A stretch of DNA of 64,000 nucleotides from Acidobacteriota bacterium. Lineage in GTDB: Bacteria > Acidobacteriota > UBA6911 > RPQK01 > JAJDTT01. This document shows positions 44,294 to 54,262 of this stretch, piece by piece. The position numbers and the translations under genes were made by a program. Within the stretch, counting starts at the first letter, position 1, and each line of letters opens with the position of its first letter. The notes under the pieces are model-generated. The model worked only from the letters and a program-made list of their open reading frames with translations. It was not told the origin of the DNA and made no database searches. The stretch is taken from the NCBI GenBank assembly GCA_965209055.1, contig OZ242374.1, positions 5,632,001 through 5,696,000 on the forward strand, read 5' to 3'.

Positions 44294-46111
44294 TCATTCC
44301 TCTCGGTGCGCCTCCCTCGCCGCGAGCACCATGACGAACAACTCCTTGACCGGGGTGACGGGGCCCAGAAGACCCTCCACCACGGGTTGAGCCGAGACCC
44401 GGACCTTGACCGGCCGGGGGGTCTCGGGCGCGTCGGGCGAGGCGACCAGCACGAACGTCGCCTTCTTGTTTTGGGCCACGTACCGTTCTTCCCGGCCCCG
44501 GTTGATGGCCGGCGGCGTGACCGGCTCGGTCTCGGTGGCGGTCACCGTCTCGACACCGGGAGGAAGGCCCTCCATGGTGAGCATGATGGCGCCCTCGAAG
44601 CCCTCCTCCTGATCGGTGATCACACTCAGCCTGCCGGCTCGTCCCGCCTCCAGGTTCAGCACCTCGTTCTCGATGTGGACCTTCCCCATGTGGGGAACCT
44701 GGGGACGAACCATCACCCGATACCTCATTTCCGCGTCCCCGTAGGTCGCCGTGATGTCACGGATTTCCAGCGTGAACTCGCCTGCCCTGGGGAAGGCATG
44801 GGTGGTCTTGGGATGAATCTGCTTCTGGATTTCAGAATTCGAGTTGAGGATGGAATGGACGTTGGTCAGAACCTCCACTCCGTCGGCATCGACCAGTTTC
44901 AGGTAAGGGTTGAACAGCGGGACCGTCTTGCCGGGGGTCTCCACCTCCAGCACGATGCGGTCTCCCACCGCAGCGGAAAAACGGACGCGATGGATCTCGC
45001 CCGGACGCTGAATCACTCCCGTGAGCAGGGTGGGCAGAGTGATTCGGGCCGGCTCCGTTCCCGGCGGCTGCCCGCCGTCCAGAGAAACCAGGGGGATGGG
45101 AGCGAAAGGATCGGGTTTCGCGCCGGGAGCGGGTTCGCCCGTCTCGGAATCGGATTCTCCCCCGGGCCGGGAGGCCAGCGACGGCACGGCCCGGGTCCAC
45201 AAGGTCTTCATGCGGTCGGTCGCCAACTTGCGGGTCCAACTGCGCTCCTCCCAATTCGCGGCAGCCGGGTCCGGACCCTGCGCGGACCCGGCGGGCTTCC
45301 CTCGATCCTGCGCCGGGACGACCCGCAGAACATAAGCGTGGTCGGGGCTGGCAGTGCCCATGAAACTGCTGACCCGGACGAAGTAGGTGCCCGCTTCATC
45401 GAACCGGTGGCTCAAAGCCGGCTCGGCGCTCGACCCCGGATAGAAAACGTCTTCGTCGTTGAATGCGATTCGCCGGGTTCCCTTGGGATCGAACCAGCCG
45501 CCGGACCTCTCGTAGAGAGTGATGGCCGGGTCCAGAGCCGGACTGGAGACGACCTGGAACCGCAGACTCGTCCCCTGCGGCGCGTGGAACGAGTAGTCGT
45601 CCACCTCGCCCCGCCGGGTAATCCGGCCGTGAACGGCCAGGGGATATCCCTTCAGGGCCTGGGCTCCGTCCGGAAGCTCATGAGCGCTCTCCGCTTCCAT
45701 TTGAGTGGCTTCCCGGTGCACCCAGAAGGGGAGCGAGTTGGAGAGACCTCCTGGAGTCACGACACGCAACCGCCGCTCTCCGGGCTTTTCGTTCGGATCG
45801 ATGGAGACCCGGAGGGACAGCCGATCCGCGCCGGATTCGGGCGACGTTTCGGTCCCGGCTTTTTCCTCATCCTTCGCCTCGGCACTCACGATCTCGGCAT
45901 TCAGTCCCGGCGAGTCGAACCAGACCGCTCGCGCGGAAGCCAATTGCTCGCCCCGAACTGTGACCCGGACCTGAGCGCCGGGCCGTCCTCCCAGGGGAAA
46001 AAGGGAAGACAGGTTCGGCTCGGGAAGGGGTCCGGCGTTGCCGGAATTACCCGGAAGCGCGATGAAAACCGTCAGCAAGGCGGCCGACAGACCCCCGGAA
46101 GAGCGAAGCAT
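44294..46111 (-). CDS. Pre-peptidase C-terminal (PPC)-domain protein of DUF1501/1549 clusters
   Basis: SLFPLGGRPGAQVRVTVRG, LRVVTPGGLSN, GRITRRGEVDDYSF; signal-like N-terminus from ATG 46111. Confidence 0.75.
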   Translation of the reverse strand: MLRSSGGLSAALLTVFIALPGNSGNAGPLPEPNLSSLFPLGGRPGAQVRVTVRGEQLASARAVWFDSPGLNAEIVSAEAKDEEKAGTETSPESGADRLSLRVSIDPNEKPGERRLRVVTPGGLSNSLPFWVHREATQMEAESAHELPDGAQALKGYPLAVHGRITRRGEVDDYSFHAPQGTSLRFQVVSSPALDPAITLYERSGGWFDPKGTRRIAFNDEDVFYPGSSAEPALSHRFDEAGTYFVRVSSFMGTASPDHAYVLRVVPAQDRGKPAGSAQGPDPAAANWEERSWTRKLATDRMKTLWTRAVPSLASRPGGESDSETGEPAPGAKPDPFAPIPLVSLDGGQPPGTEPARITLPTLLTGVIQRPGEIHRVRFSAAVGDRIVLEVETPGKTVPLFNPYLKLVDADGVEVLTNVHSILNSNSEIQKQIHPKTTHAFPRAGEFTLEIRDITATYGDAEMRYRVMVRPQVPHMGKVHIENEVLNLEAGRAGRLSVITDQEEGFEGAIMLTMEGLPPGVETVTATETEPVTPPAINRGREERYVAQNKKATFVLVASPDAPETPRPVKVRVSAQPVVEGLLGPVTPVKELFVMVLAAREAHREE

Positions 46112-46235
46112 GTCCGGAACTTGCAGACCTGTACCGCCGAATTTCACTTGGATGCGACCCCGCCGAAGCTTCTCTTTTCCGGCCGATTTTATTGATTCGT
46201 CCGGCCTTGAGTCAATTTGGCGGCGGTGTGGCCGA

Positions 46236-46261
46236 TGAAACATCGGACCCGCTCATTCGTT
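46236..46261 (+). promoter_or_regulatory. ECF sigma-type promoter
   Basis: TGAAAC-N16-CGTT about 110 nt upstream of the Spy-like gene. Confidence 0.5.
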
Positions 46262-46370
46262 TTATGGGGATGTGTGGAGCGAGGAGAAACCCACAAGGCG
46301 AATGTCGGGAAACGGCGCCGACGCCTCATCGGGGGCCGGCGCGTCACCCAAGGAAGGAGCGAGTAACGTC

Positions 46371-47180
46371 ATGAGCATCAAACAACCCAAGTTCTGGATC
46401 GTCGGGCTGCTGGGAGTCACCCTTCTGGGAGGCACCCTCGCCGCTCTCCACAATCAACAGGCCGGACCCGGGCGCAGGGCTTTCCGATCGGGTGGCCTTC
46501 CTCCCGAACGGGCGCTGAAGCGGCTGGGATTGACCGAGGAGCAGATGGCGGAGGTCAAGAAGCTGCGAGAGAGCCACAAGGCCACCATGTCCTCTCTCCG
46601 GGAAAAGGGAGCCGGCATCCGGACCCAACTGCGGGAACAACTGGGGACGGAGGAGTCTTCCGCCTCCCAGGTCGGCGAACTCGTCAAAGAGGGGCACGAC
46701 ATTCGGCAGCAGATTCGGGAGGCGCGGCAAGCCATGCGGAAATCTTTTTCCGATCTGCTGACGGCGGAACAAAAGGAGAAGATCGGGAAAGCACGGGGGC
46801 GCGGGGCTCGCCGACGGTCCGCGCTGCCTCCCCACCGGGCTCTGAAACGGCTGGGCCTGACCGAGGAGCAGATGGCCGAGGTCAAGAAGCTGCGAGAGAG
46901 CCACAAGGCCGCCATGTCCTCTCTCCGGGAGAAGGCAGCCGGCATCCGGACCCAACTGAGGGAACAACTGGAGATGGAGGTGTCTTCGCCCGCCAAGGTC
47001 GGTGAACTCGTCATCGAGGGGCGTGACGTGAGGCAGCAGATTCAGGAGGCGCATAAATCCGCGCGAGAGTCATTCTCCGCGCTGCTGACGCCGGGACAGT
47101 TGAAGCAGATCGAGAAGTTCCGCGACCGGAGAGGGCGACCCGGAGCTCGCCGCGGACACCGCCCCGGCTGGAGACTATGA
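46371..47180 (+). CDS. Spy/CpxP family periplasmic chaperone with a tandem-duplicated domain
   Basis: Signal peptide; LTEEQ/LTAEQ/LTEEQ/LTPGQ (LTxxQ) motifs; two ~109-aa repeats with a 327-nt period. Confidence 0.8.
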   Translation: MSIKQPKFWIVGLLGVTLLGGTLAALHNQQAGPGRRAFRSGGLPPERALKRLGLTEEQMAEVKKLRESHKATMSSLREKGAGIRTQLREQLGTEESSASQVGELVKEGHDIRQQIREARQAMRKSFSDLLTAEQKEKIGKARGRGARRRSALPPHRALKRLGLTEEQMAEVKKLRESHKAAMSSLREKAAGIRTQLREQLEMEVSSPAKVGELVIEGRDVRQQIQEAHKSARESFSALLTPGQLKQIEKFRDRRGRPGARRGHRPGWRL

Positions 47181-47374
47181 TTCGAAGCCTGGTGGCCGCC
47201 GATCGACTGGTCGGCGGCCACCGGAGGCAGCCCGTCCCGCCTGCCCACGATCCCCTCCCTTCGAAACCCTCTTTTCACATTACGGCCTCGGCGACGGATC
47301 TACTGGCCGCACAAGGTATCGCGAGAGAGATCACCGGCAAGCGCCGCGGCCGTTTGCACGCGTACGACCGCTAA

Positions 47375-48564
47375 GGAAGGTCTGATTAAGTCCTCATATG
47401 GGGCGAAACAGACCTTGTATCCCTCCCTTTTTCGGATCCAGACGCTCTAACCTGGGATTTGCAACCCTGAATTGGTCTTGACCAAGCGATTGCGAGACGG
47501 TTTCCCCAGCCTCAAACACAGCCGTGCCGCATTCCGATCAGGCGGTCACACCGGAGCGCTCGGCGATCATCAGATTGGCGAATCCCACCAGCAGATAGAT
47601 CCGTTGGGTGTTTTTCGCCAGCCCGCGGTAGCGCACCTTGGCGTAGCCGAAATGCCGTTTCAGGTACCCGAACACATGTTCTGCCTTCGCCCGTACCGAT
47701 GCCTTACGCCGCTCGGCCAACGCCGCCTCACTCTCCGGCGACAGCTGCCAACGCTTCCCGGGCTTCATCATCACCTGCCAATCCACCGGCCGATCTCGAT
47801 TCTCCGACCGCTTCTGCACTCCCTGGTATCCGGAATCCCCCCAAACTTGCGACTCCGAGCCGTGCAGCAATTCGGAGGCCCGCGTCACGTCATGCTCGTT
47901 GGCCGGAGCCGTCACCACCGTGTGCGCCACCCCCGTCTGGGCGTCCACCCCCAGGTGGGCCTTCATTCCGAAATACCACTGTTTTCCCTTTTTCGTCTGG
48001 TGCATCTCCGGATCCCGCGCCCGATCCTTGTTTTTCGTCGAGGAAGGCGCCGCCAGGATACTCGCGTCCACGATCGTCCCCCGGCTCAGCCGCAGGCCTT
48101 GACGCTGCAGGTGAGAACCGATCTCCTCGAACAGCGCCTCCCCCAGACCATGCTCCTCCAGCCGATGACGGAACTTCAGAATCGTCGTCTCGTCCGGCAG
48201 CGGCCCTGTGAGCTTCAGACCCACGAACCGCCGCACCGACTCCACCTCGTAAAGCAGATCCTCCATCCCCGGATCGCTCAGGTTGTAAAACAACTGCACG
48301 CAGTGGATCCGCAGCATCGCCGAGAGCGGGTAGGGACGCCGGCCCCGTCCCGCTTTCGGGTAAAACGGCTCAATCCGGGCTTCCAACTGCTCCCACGGAA
48401 TCAACCCGTCCATGCGGACCAGAAACTTCTCCCGACGGGTCACCCGCTTCTTGGCGTCGTATTCCAGATCTGCGAACGTCCGTTGCGACATCGTCTTTCC
48501 CCCCACGCAGTGATGATGAAGGGATTATCGTGCAGAACGCTGACTCGACTTAATCAGACCTTCC
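47375..48564 (-). mobile_element. IS5-family insertion sequence (1190 bp)
   Basis: Perfect 18-bp terminal inverted repeats GGAAGGTCTGATTAAGTC / GACTTAATCAGACCTTCC; CTAA target duplication at 47371 and 48565. Confidence 0.95.
47538..48491 (-). CDS. IS5 transposase
   Basis: TRREKFL, MLRIH, PDETTILKFRH, IVDAS, WYFGMKAH, WGDSGYQG, RAKAEHVF, VRYRGLAKN. Confidence 0.95.
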   Translation of the reverse strand: MSQRTFADLEYDAKKRVTRREKFLVRMDGLIPWEQLEARIEPFYPKAGRGRRPYPLSAMLRIHCVQLFYNLSDPGMEDLLYEVESVRRFVGLKLTGPLPDETTILKFRHRLEEHGLGEALFEEIGSHLQRQGLRLSRGTIVDASILAAPSSTKNKDRARDPEMHQTKKGKQWYFGMKAHLGVDAQTGVAHTVVTAPANEHDVTRASELLHGSESQVWGDSGYQGVQKRSENRDRPVDWQVMMKPGKRWQLSPESEAALAERRKASVRAKAEHVFGYLKRHFGYAKVRYRGLAKNTQRIYLLVGFANLMIAERSGVTA

Positions 48565-48600
48565 CTAACTTGCTATCCTCGGCGAAGGAGACGGGATTCC

Positions 48601-49242
48601 GTGACGCCAATACAGTTCGTGGAGACTCTGCGCGAACTGAGTCTTGAGAACACCTTCAACCCGTATTCCGAGCGTTGCGTCCGGTACGACCGCAACGACG
48701 CGCCGCAGCTTCGTTGTACGACGCTGCGTTCCATTTTGGAGGCAGCGGCGAAACGGGACGTCGATTTTCTCTGGATCGGCCGCGACCCCGGCCATCGGGG
48801 CGGGCGGCGGACGGGACTCGCCTTTACGGACGACGTCCACCTGCACGAGCACGCCGAACGCTGGGGCCTCTCGGTAAGGCGGCCGACAAGAGGCGAAAAA
48901 GTTTCTGAGCAGACCGCCACCGTCATCTGGAGGGCTCTCTCGCGAATCGAGTCATCGGTCTTCCTGTGGAATGTATTCCCCTTGCATCCGCACAGGCCGG
49001 GAAACCCCTTCAGCAACCGTCCTCACACCGCTGACGAGCGCAGAATCGGCGAGGAGTTTCTCGACGAACTCATCCGGCTCCTGCGGCCGCGCCGGCTGGT
49101 CGCCATCGGTAACGACGCGTCGAAAACGGCACGCCGCCTGGTCGATCGGAGGACGATCATTCAAGTGCGGCATCCCAGCCATGGAGGGCAGACGAAGTTT
49201 CTAACCCAGATCGACGGGCTGCACCAGTGGTGCAAGGGATGA
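48601..49242 (+). CDS. Uracil-DNA glycosylase superfamily protein
   Basis: GRDPGHRGGRRTGLAFTD, WNVFPLHPH, NRPHT, VAIGN, RHPSHGG motifs. Confidence 0.8.
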   Translation: MTPIQFVETLRELSLENTFNPYSERCVRYDRNDAPQLRCTTLRSILEAAAKRDVDFLWIGRDPGHRGGRRTGLAFTDDVHLHEHAERWGLSVRRPTRGEKVSEQTATVIWRALSRIESSVFLWNVFPLHPHRPGNPFSNRPHTADERRIGEEFLDELIRLLRPRRLVAIGNDASKTARRLVDRRTIIQVRHPSHGGQTKFLTQIDGLHQWCKG

Positions 49243-49336
49243 CTCCTTACTAACAGCGACTCATTCTTTCGACCTTGAGAGGAGCCCCGCCCCGGCATCC
49301 TATGAGTCAAAGGGATTTTGAAACTGTGGGATCAAC

Positions 49337-49606
49337 GTGAGGACAATCACCGTGTCCGTGGACGAAGAAACTTACCGGCGCTGCCAGATCAAGGCAGCAG
49401 AAGCAGGAACCTCGAACTCGGCACTGGTCCAGGCCGACTTGGTTCGACTGGCACAAGGCCGCATTTCCGAGAACCGATTTGACCGGCTATGTCGGCTGCA
49501 AGACGACTCATTAAAGTTGATCCACGCTCGCGGTGCCGGCTTGGACTCCGCCGACAACCTTTCGCGGAATGCACTTCACGAGCGCATGCAGGTGGGGGAT
49601 GATTGA
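49337..49606 (+). CDS. Orphan RHH antitoxin
   Basis: MRTITVSVDEETYRRCQIKAAEAGTSNSALV...DNLSRNALHER; no toxin gene follows. Confidence 0.65.
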   Translation: MRTITVSVDEETYRRCQIKAAEAGTSNSALVQADLVRLAQGRISENRFDRLCRLQDDSLKLIHARGAGLDSADNLSRNALHERMQVGDD

Positions 49607-49650
49607 AGAGTGGGAAAAGGGGGGGCAGGAAAGGCCCCCCTCCTGACGTC

Positions 49651-50247
49651 CTAATGAAACTGCAGCGAGAAGAGGTCGCCGTCGCGGATTTCGATTTTCA
49701 TTCGCACGGTCTGACCGGCCAGGGCGGACAGGTCGGAGCCGCCCTTCCACTTGACGGTCCGCTGCAGCTCGTCGCCGAAGATCAGCTTGCAATCGTCCAG
49801 GCCGTAGCCCTCCAGGGGATCTCCCCGCTGGTCCTGGATCTCGACCCGGAGGCTCCCCGCGGCCGAGGTGGAGTAGTTCAGCGTGAGCCGGGAGCCTGAG
49901 AAGCGGAAGGGCCGGGACCGGACCGATCCGCCCTCGAAGTTGCCCTGCAGCGAGACGAACCCGTCTTCCCGCAGCACGCCGCGCCGAATCTTGACCGACT
50001 GGGTTCCGTAGTTCTCAATGAAGTAGAGGGACATCTCCCCGTCGCCGGTGGGAACCAGCGTCGGTCCCACCTCGATGGCCCTGCCGTGCCAGTTCCGGAT
50101 ATCTCGCCCGGGACGGATGAAGGCCTCGCGAAAATGGGTGAACGTGATGCCGTCCCGGCTGAACATGAAGACGATGTCCGAGAGGCCGGCGCAACCGTAG
50201 ATCCAGGTGATGCCCGGCACCTCCATGCTGGAGCAGTCGGGCTCGTT
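49651..50247 (-). pseudogene. 3' fragment (~600 bp) duplicated from the propeller gene at 54263-55852
   Basis: 49649-50247 aligns with 54261-54859 (offset 4612) with scattered substitutions; 5' part of the gene absent. Confidence 0.9.
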
Positions 50248-50370
50248 ATAGAGAGCATGTGGGAGACAGACGGTAGAATAATTGTATCCGACCTTGATCC
50301 GATTCGAGGTCGAGATTGCGGTGACCAGATCAGCAGGCCGTCTTCGTAACTCCATAGGGAGAATCGGAGC

Positions 50371-52422
50371 GTGAGATACATTTCGCGTCGCGCCTTGTCG
50401 CTCCTTCGGGCAGGCGTTGGTGATTCCGGCGTCCGTTTCCGGACCGGTCAGGAAGAGGCTGTTCGCCATGTCGTAGAGGGAAAAGGCCGGCTGTTGGTGG
50501 TCCAGAAAACAGGCTGGGGCAAGAGCTTCGTCTACTTCATTGCGACAAAGCTCTTACGTGAGGCGGGTTTGGGTCCGACACTACTCGTCAGTCCCCTGCT
50601 GGCGTTGATGCGAAACCAGATTTTGGCAGCGGAAAGGATGGGAATCAAGGCCGAGACGATCAACTCCAACAATCGGGAACATTGGAGCGAAGTAGAGGAA
50701 GCGGTCCGTCGCGATGAGACGGACATCCTTATCATTTCTCCGGAACGATTGGCCAACGAGAGGTTCTTGCGGGAAGTGCTGGCGACGGTGGCGAACCGGG
50801 TCTCATTGCTCGTTATCGACGAAGCGCACTGCATATCGGACTGGGGTCATGATTTCCGTCCCCATTATCGTCTGATTGAAGGCATAGTCCGTACGCTACC
50901 GCCAAATCTCCGCCTATTGGCAACCACCGCGACGGCAAACGACCGTGTGATGGCCGACTTGGAAGACATTCTCGGACCGAATCTTGAGGTTTCACGGGGT
51001 GACCTTTCCCGCCCGTCACTCAGCCTTCAGACCATCCGCCTGCCGAGCCAATCCGAACGTCTCGCTTGGCTGGCCGATCAGTTGCGGTCGCTCTCCGGCA
51101 GCGGAATTGTCTATACGCTGACGGTTCGCGACGCCGAACTCGTGGCCTCCTGGCTCCGGTCAGGCGGTCTCAACGTGGCCGCATACACGAGCAGATCCGG
51201 TGCGGGCCGACCGGAACTGGAGCAAGCCTTGCTCGACAACGAACTCAAGGTGCTGGTTGCAACAACGGCTCTAGGGATGGGATTCGACAAACCGGATCTG
51301 GCATTTGTAATTCACTACCAAGCCCCTGGCTCGGTCGTGGCCTACTACCAGCAGGTCGGACGGGCGGGGCGGGCACTCAGAGCGGCATACGGGGTGCTCC
51401 TGAGCGGTCACGAGGATACGGAGATTGCAGATTATTTCATCAGAAGTGCTTTCCCGACCGAAAATGAGGTCGACGCGGTGGTCTCGGCACTGGAAGATGC
51501 TCCCGATGGGCTTTCGTTCCGCGAGATTCAGATGGCGGTTAACGTAAGTTACCGTCGAATAGAAAAAACCATTCAACTACTTTCCCTGGAGTCGCCGGCG
51601 CCGATCGCCAAGCTGGGAGCGAAGTGGCAGCTCACGGCTGCAACCTTGAGACAAGCATTCTGGGAGCGAGCGCGACGGCTCACTGACCTGCGGCATACTG
51701 AGCTAGCACAGATGCAAGAGTACATCCGACTGCCCTCCGGCCATATGGAGTTCCTGATCCGGGCCCTGGACGGCGAGCCCAAGAGTGTTTCTTCGCCAAA
51801 CCTCCCGCATCTATCCACGACTGTAGCACCGCAACGAGTTCGTGAGGCCGTTGCATTTTTGCGCCGCAATAGCCTGATCATTAGACCACGGCGGACTTGG
51901 CCACCGGGAAAGCGTATCGATGGCGATCATCAGGCAGAACCCGGCAGAGCGCTCAGTACCTGGGCAGATGACGGCTGGGGGGATCTCGTACGGCAAGGAA
52001 AATACGTAGACAACAGATTCTCCGACTCTCTCGTAGACGCTTGTGTTTCTCTGGTGCGACAGTGGTGGCCCGATCCGTTCCCGGAGTGGGTCACCGCCGT
52101 TCCGTCCCACCGCCATCCTGATCTTGTTCCTGACTTCGCCCGGCGTCTCGCAATAGCGCTCGGACTTCCATTCCGCGTAACGATGGTAAGAAAAGAGGGC
52201 CGTCCGGAACAGAAAACGATGGAAAACAGCGACAAGCAAGCGCGAAACATCCTTGGATCGGTGACAGTCGAGGAAACCGCCATTCTCAAGAGCCCCGTGC
52301 TGTTGGTGGACGATATCGTGGACTCCCGATGGACCTTCACAGTTCTCACCTGGGAACTTCGCCGCCGCGGATGTGACGCCGTGTGGCCGCTCGCGCTCGC
52401 CGATGCCGGAGGTACGCGATGA
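50371..52422 (+). CDS. RecQ-like helicase with C-terminal phosphoribosyltransferase domain (RqlH-like)
   Basis: [42 protein letters not shown]; C-terminal [13 protein letters not shown] PRTase loop. Confidence 0.88.
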   Translation: MRYISRRALSLLRAGVGDSGVRFRTGQEEAVRHVVEGKGRLLVVQKTGWGKSFVYFIATKLLREAGLGPTLLVSPLLALMRNQILAAERMGIKAETINSNNREHWSEVEEAVRRDETDILIISPERLANERFLREVLATVANRVSLLVIDEAHCISDWGHDFRPHYRLIEGIVRTLPPNLRLLATTATANDRVMADLEDILGPNLEVSRGDLSRPSLSLQTIRLPSQSERLAWLADQLRSLSGSGIVYTLTVRDAELVASWLRSGGLNVAAYTSRSGAGRPELEQALLDNELKVLVATTALGMGFDKPDLAFVIHYQAPGSVVAYYQQVGRAGRALRAAYGVLLSGHEDTEIADYFIRSAFPTENEVDAVVSALEDAPDGLSFREIQMAVNVSYRRIEKTIQLLSLESPAPIAKLGAKWQLTAATLRQAFWERARRLTDLRHTELAQMQEYIRLPSGHMEFLIRALDGEPKSVSSPNLPHLSTTVAPQRVREAVAFLRRNSLIIRPRRTWPPGKRIDGDHQAEPGRALSTWADDGWGDLVRQGKYVDNRFSDSLVDACVSLVRQWWPDPFPEWVTAVPSHRHPDLVPDFARRLAIALGLPFRVTMVRKEGRPEQKTMENSDKQARNILGSVTVEETAILKSPVLLVDDIVDSRWTFTVLTWELRRRGCDAVWPLALADAGGTR

Positions 52423-53975
52423 ACGGGGATATGGATCTTTCCTTGAACACCAAGGCGATCCTGCTATTGACTGCACCCCTCATCGCAGGTGGGGTCAGGG
52501 GTGGAGTGAAACCCCTTACAGCGGGTGAGTACAACAAGCTCGCTGGTCGCCTCCATGCACTTGGAGTCCAACCGGCGGACCTGTTGAAGAGCCACTCGGA
52601 CTCTCTCTTGGACAACTGTAGCTCCGTGGCGGACACGTCTCGCCTCACGGCGCTAATAGGCCGGGGATTCGCGCTGGCCCAAGCCGTCCGACGATGGCAG
52701 GCAAGAGCGATCTGGGTGGTTAGCCGTGCCGACGGCGAATACCCGCGGATGCTCAAAGAGCGATTGCGTAAAGACGCGCCGGCTGTGCTTTACGGATGTG
52801 GAAACAGAGAGATCATCGGAACCCGCAGTGCCTTGGCCATCGTTGGATCGCGCAATGTCGACGAGCCGACTCTTCACTACGTCGAAGGCGTCTCCGCCCT
52901 TGCGGCCAGAGCAGGCTGCACCATCGTGTCGGGAGCGGCGCGAGGTGTGGATCAGGCCGCAATGAATGGCGTCTTGAAGGCTGGCGGATCAGCCGTGGGG
53001 GTGTTGGCGGGGAATCTTGAGAGAACGTCCATGAACCGAATGCATCGAAATCTGGTCTTGGAGGAACGGCTGGTGCTGGTCTCTCCGTACGATCCGGGAG
53101 CAAGGTTCAATGTGGGCCACGCGATGCAGAGAAACAAGGTGATCTACGCCTTGGCCAATGCCGCCTTGGTGGCCCATGCAGTCGTCAACAAGGGAGGAAC
53201 CTGGGCGGGGGCCGTAGAGCAGCTGAGGAAATACTCCACGCCAGTTCACGTGCTCTCACGTGGGGATGCACATGACGCGCTGAAAGAGTTGCAGCGCCGA
53301 GGGGCGAAATCTTGGCCGAATCCGACGGATCCGGACGGATTCAAAAAGGTTCTCGCCAGTACGGATACGATGGTCCGCCCTTACCAACTCAAGCTTTCTT
53401 CTACCCGGCTGGCGACAGATCCTCACTTGGTTTCCGAACCGGCACCGTCAACCAGCGACGAACCCCGCCAATCCGGAAGCGCTTCCAAGGAACTCCTTCA
53501 GTCCATACGTTCTCTGATGCGACGTTTCCTTGCACATCCCAAGACGCCCGAGGAGGTTTCCAACGTCTTGAACGTCACCAAACCTCAAGCCGAGAATTGG
53601 CTGCAAAATCTGGTTGCAGATGGTGAATTGGAGAAAAGCACCCGACCCGTGAAGTACGTTCATTCGACACACGGCCTAGTTCAGGAAGGACGATCCGGGG
53701 AGAGCATGGAACACATACAAAACAGCGGGACCGAATCCTATCGACCATCCGATGTGATTGAAGACTACGCGCAAGAATTGCACGATGTCGTGCGGCGTCT
53801 GATTCCTCGTGTCGTAGTCACACCCAAGACAGCACGCCAGGTATCTGTGGAACTCGGTGTCAGGGAATATCAGGCCCGGCAATGGCTGAATCGATTGGCT
53901 GGGGAGGAGGTCCTGGATAAACACACGAATCCCGTGACGTATATTCGTTCGACGGAACGCCTGTTTGAGGAGTGA
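52419..53975 (+). CDS. DprA/SLOG-domain protein with two C-terminal wHTH repeats (RqlI-like)
   Basis: [41 protein letters not shown]; ATGA overlap with the helicase gene. Confidence 0.85.
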   Translation: MNGDMDLSLNTKAILLLTAPLIAGGVRGGVKPLTAGEYNKLAGRLHALGVQPADLLKSHSDSLLDNCSSVADTSRLTALIGRGFALAQAVRRWQARAIWVVSRADGEYPRMLKERLRKDAPAVLYGCGNREIIGTRSALAIVGSRNVDEPTLHYVEGVSALAARAGCTIVSGAARGVDQAAMNGVLKAGGSAVGVLAGNLERTSMNRMHRNLVLEERLVLVSPYDPGARFNVGHAMQRNKVIYALANAALVAHAVVNKGGTWAGAVEQLRKYSTPVHVLSRGDAHDALKELQRRGAKSWPNPTDPDGFKKVLASTDTMVRPYQLKLSSTRLATDPHLVSEPAPSTSDEPRQSGSASKELLQSIRSLMRRFLAHPKTPEEVSNVLNVTKPQAENWLQNLVADGELEKSTRPVKYVHSTHGLVQEGRSGESMEHIQNSGTESYRPSDVIEDYAQELHDVVRRLIPRVVVTPKTARQVSVELGVREYQARQWLNRLAGEEVLDKHTNPVTYIRSTERLFEE

Positions 53976-54116
53976 CTCCCGACCAAGGCCGGCGCCGTCA
54001 GGAATTTCGGTTCGATAGAGAGTCTCCAAGAACGAGTCTGAAGATCGCCTCAAGTCTCGCTGGAATGCCTCAGGTGAGATGCGCGAAGCAACCCGGTTCT
54101 GAGAAATAAGAAACGA

Positions 54117-54260
54117 ATTCCAATCGCTCGGTCTTCGTCGCCAAGTTTGTCAGTCAGGAGTTCGGCGATTGGAAATCGCCGCTCCAGTTCGGCGGTTAGG
54201 AAACCGCCGCTCCATTCCTTTTTCTACCGGGCATCCGCCGGACCGGGCCGGTGGGGGAGT
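54117..54260. repeat. REPIN-like element homologous to 15106-15243
   Basis: GGCGATTGGAAATCGCCGCTCC and GGCGGTTAGGAAACCGCCGCTCC, then ATTCCTTTTTCTACCGGG...CCGGTGGGGGAG. Confidence 0.75.
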
Positions 54261-54262
54261 TC

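Larger units (their letters stand above)
47177..48604 (+). pseudogene. C-terminal relic of a Fic-family gene, split by IS5
   Basis: Joining the flanks gives SFHITASATDLLAAQGIAREITGKRRGRLHAYDR*LAILGEGDGIP*, resembling the Fic C-terminal HTH tail. Confidence 0.6.

Noticed and set aside
49651-50469. 272-aa ORF as a genuine gene
   Set aside because: Its N-terminal ~74 codons are antisense to the helicase start and upstream region; only the duplicated 3' fragment is homologous to a real gene.
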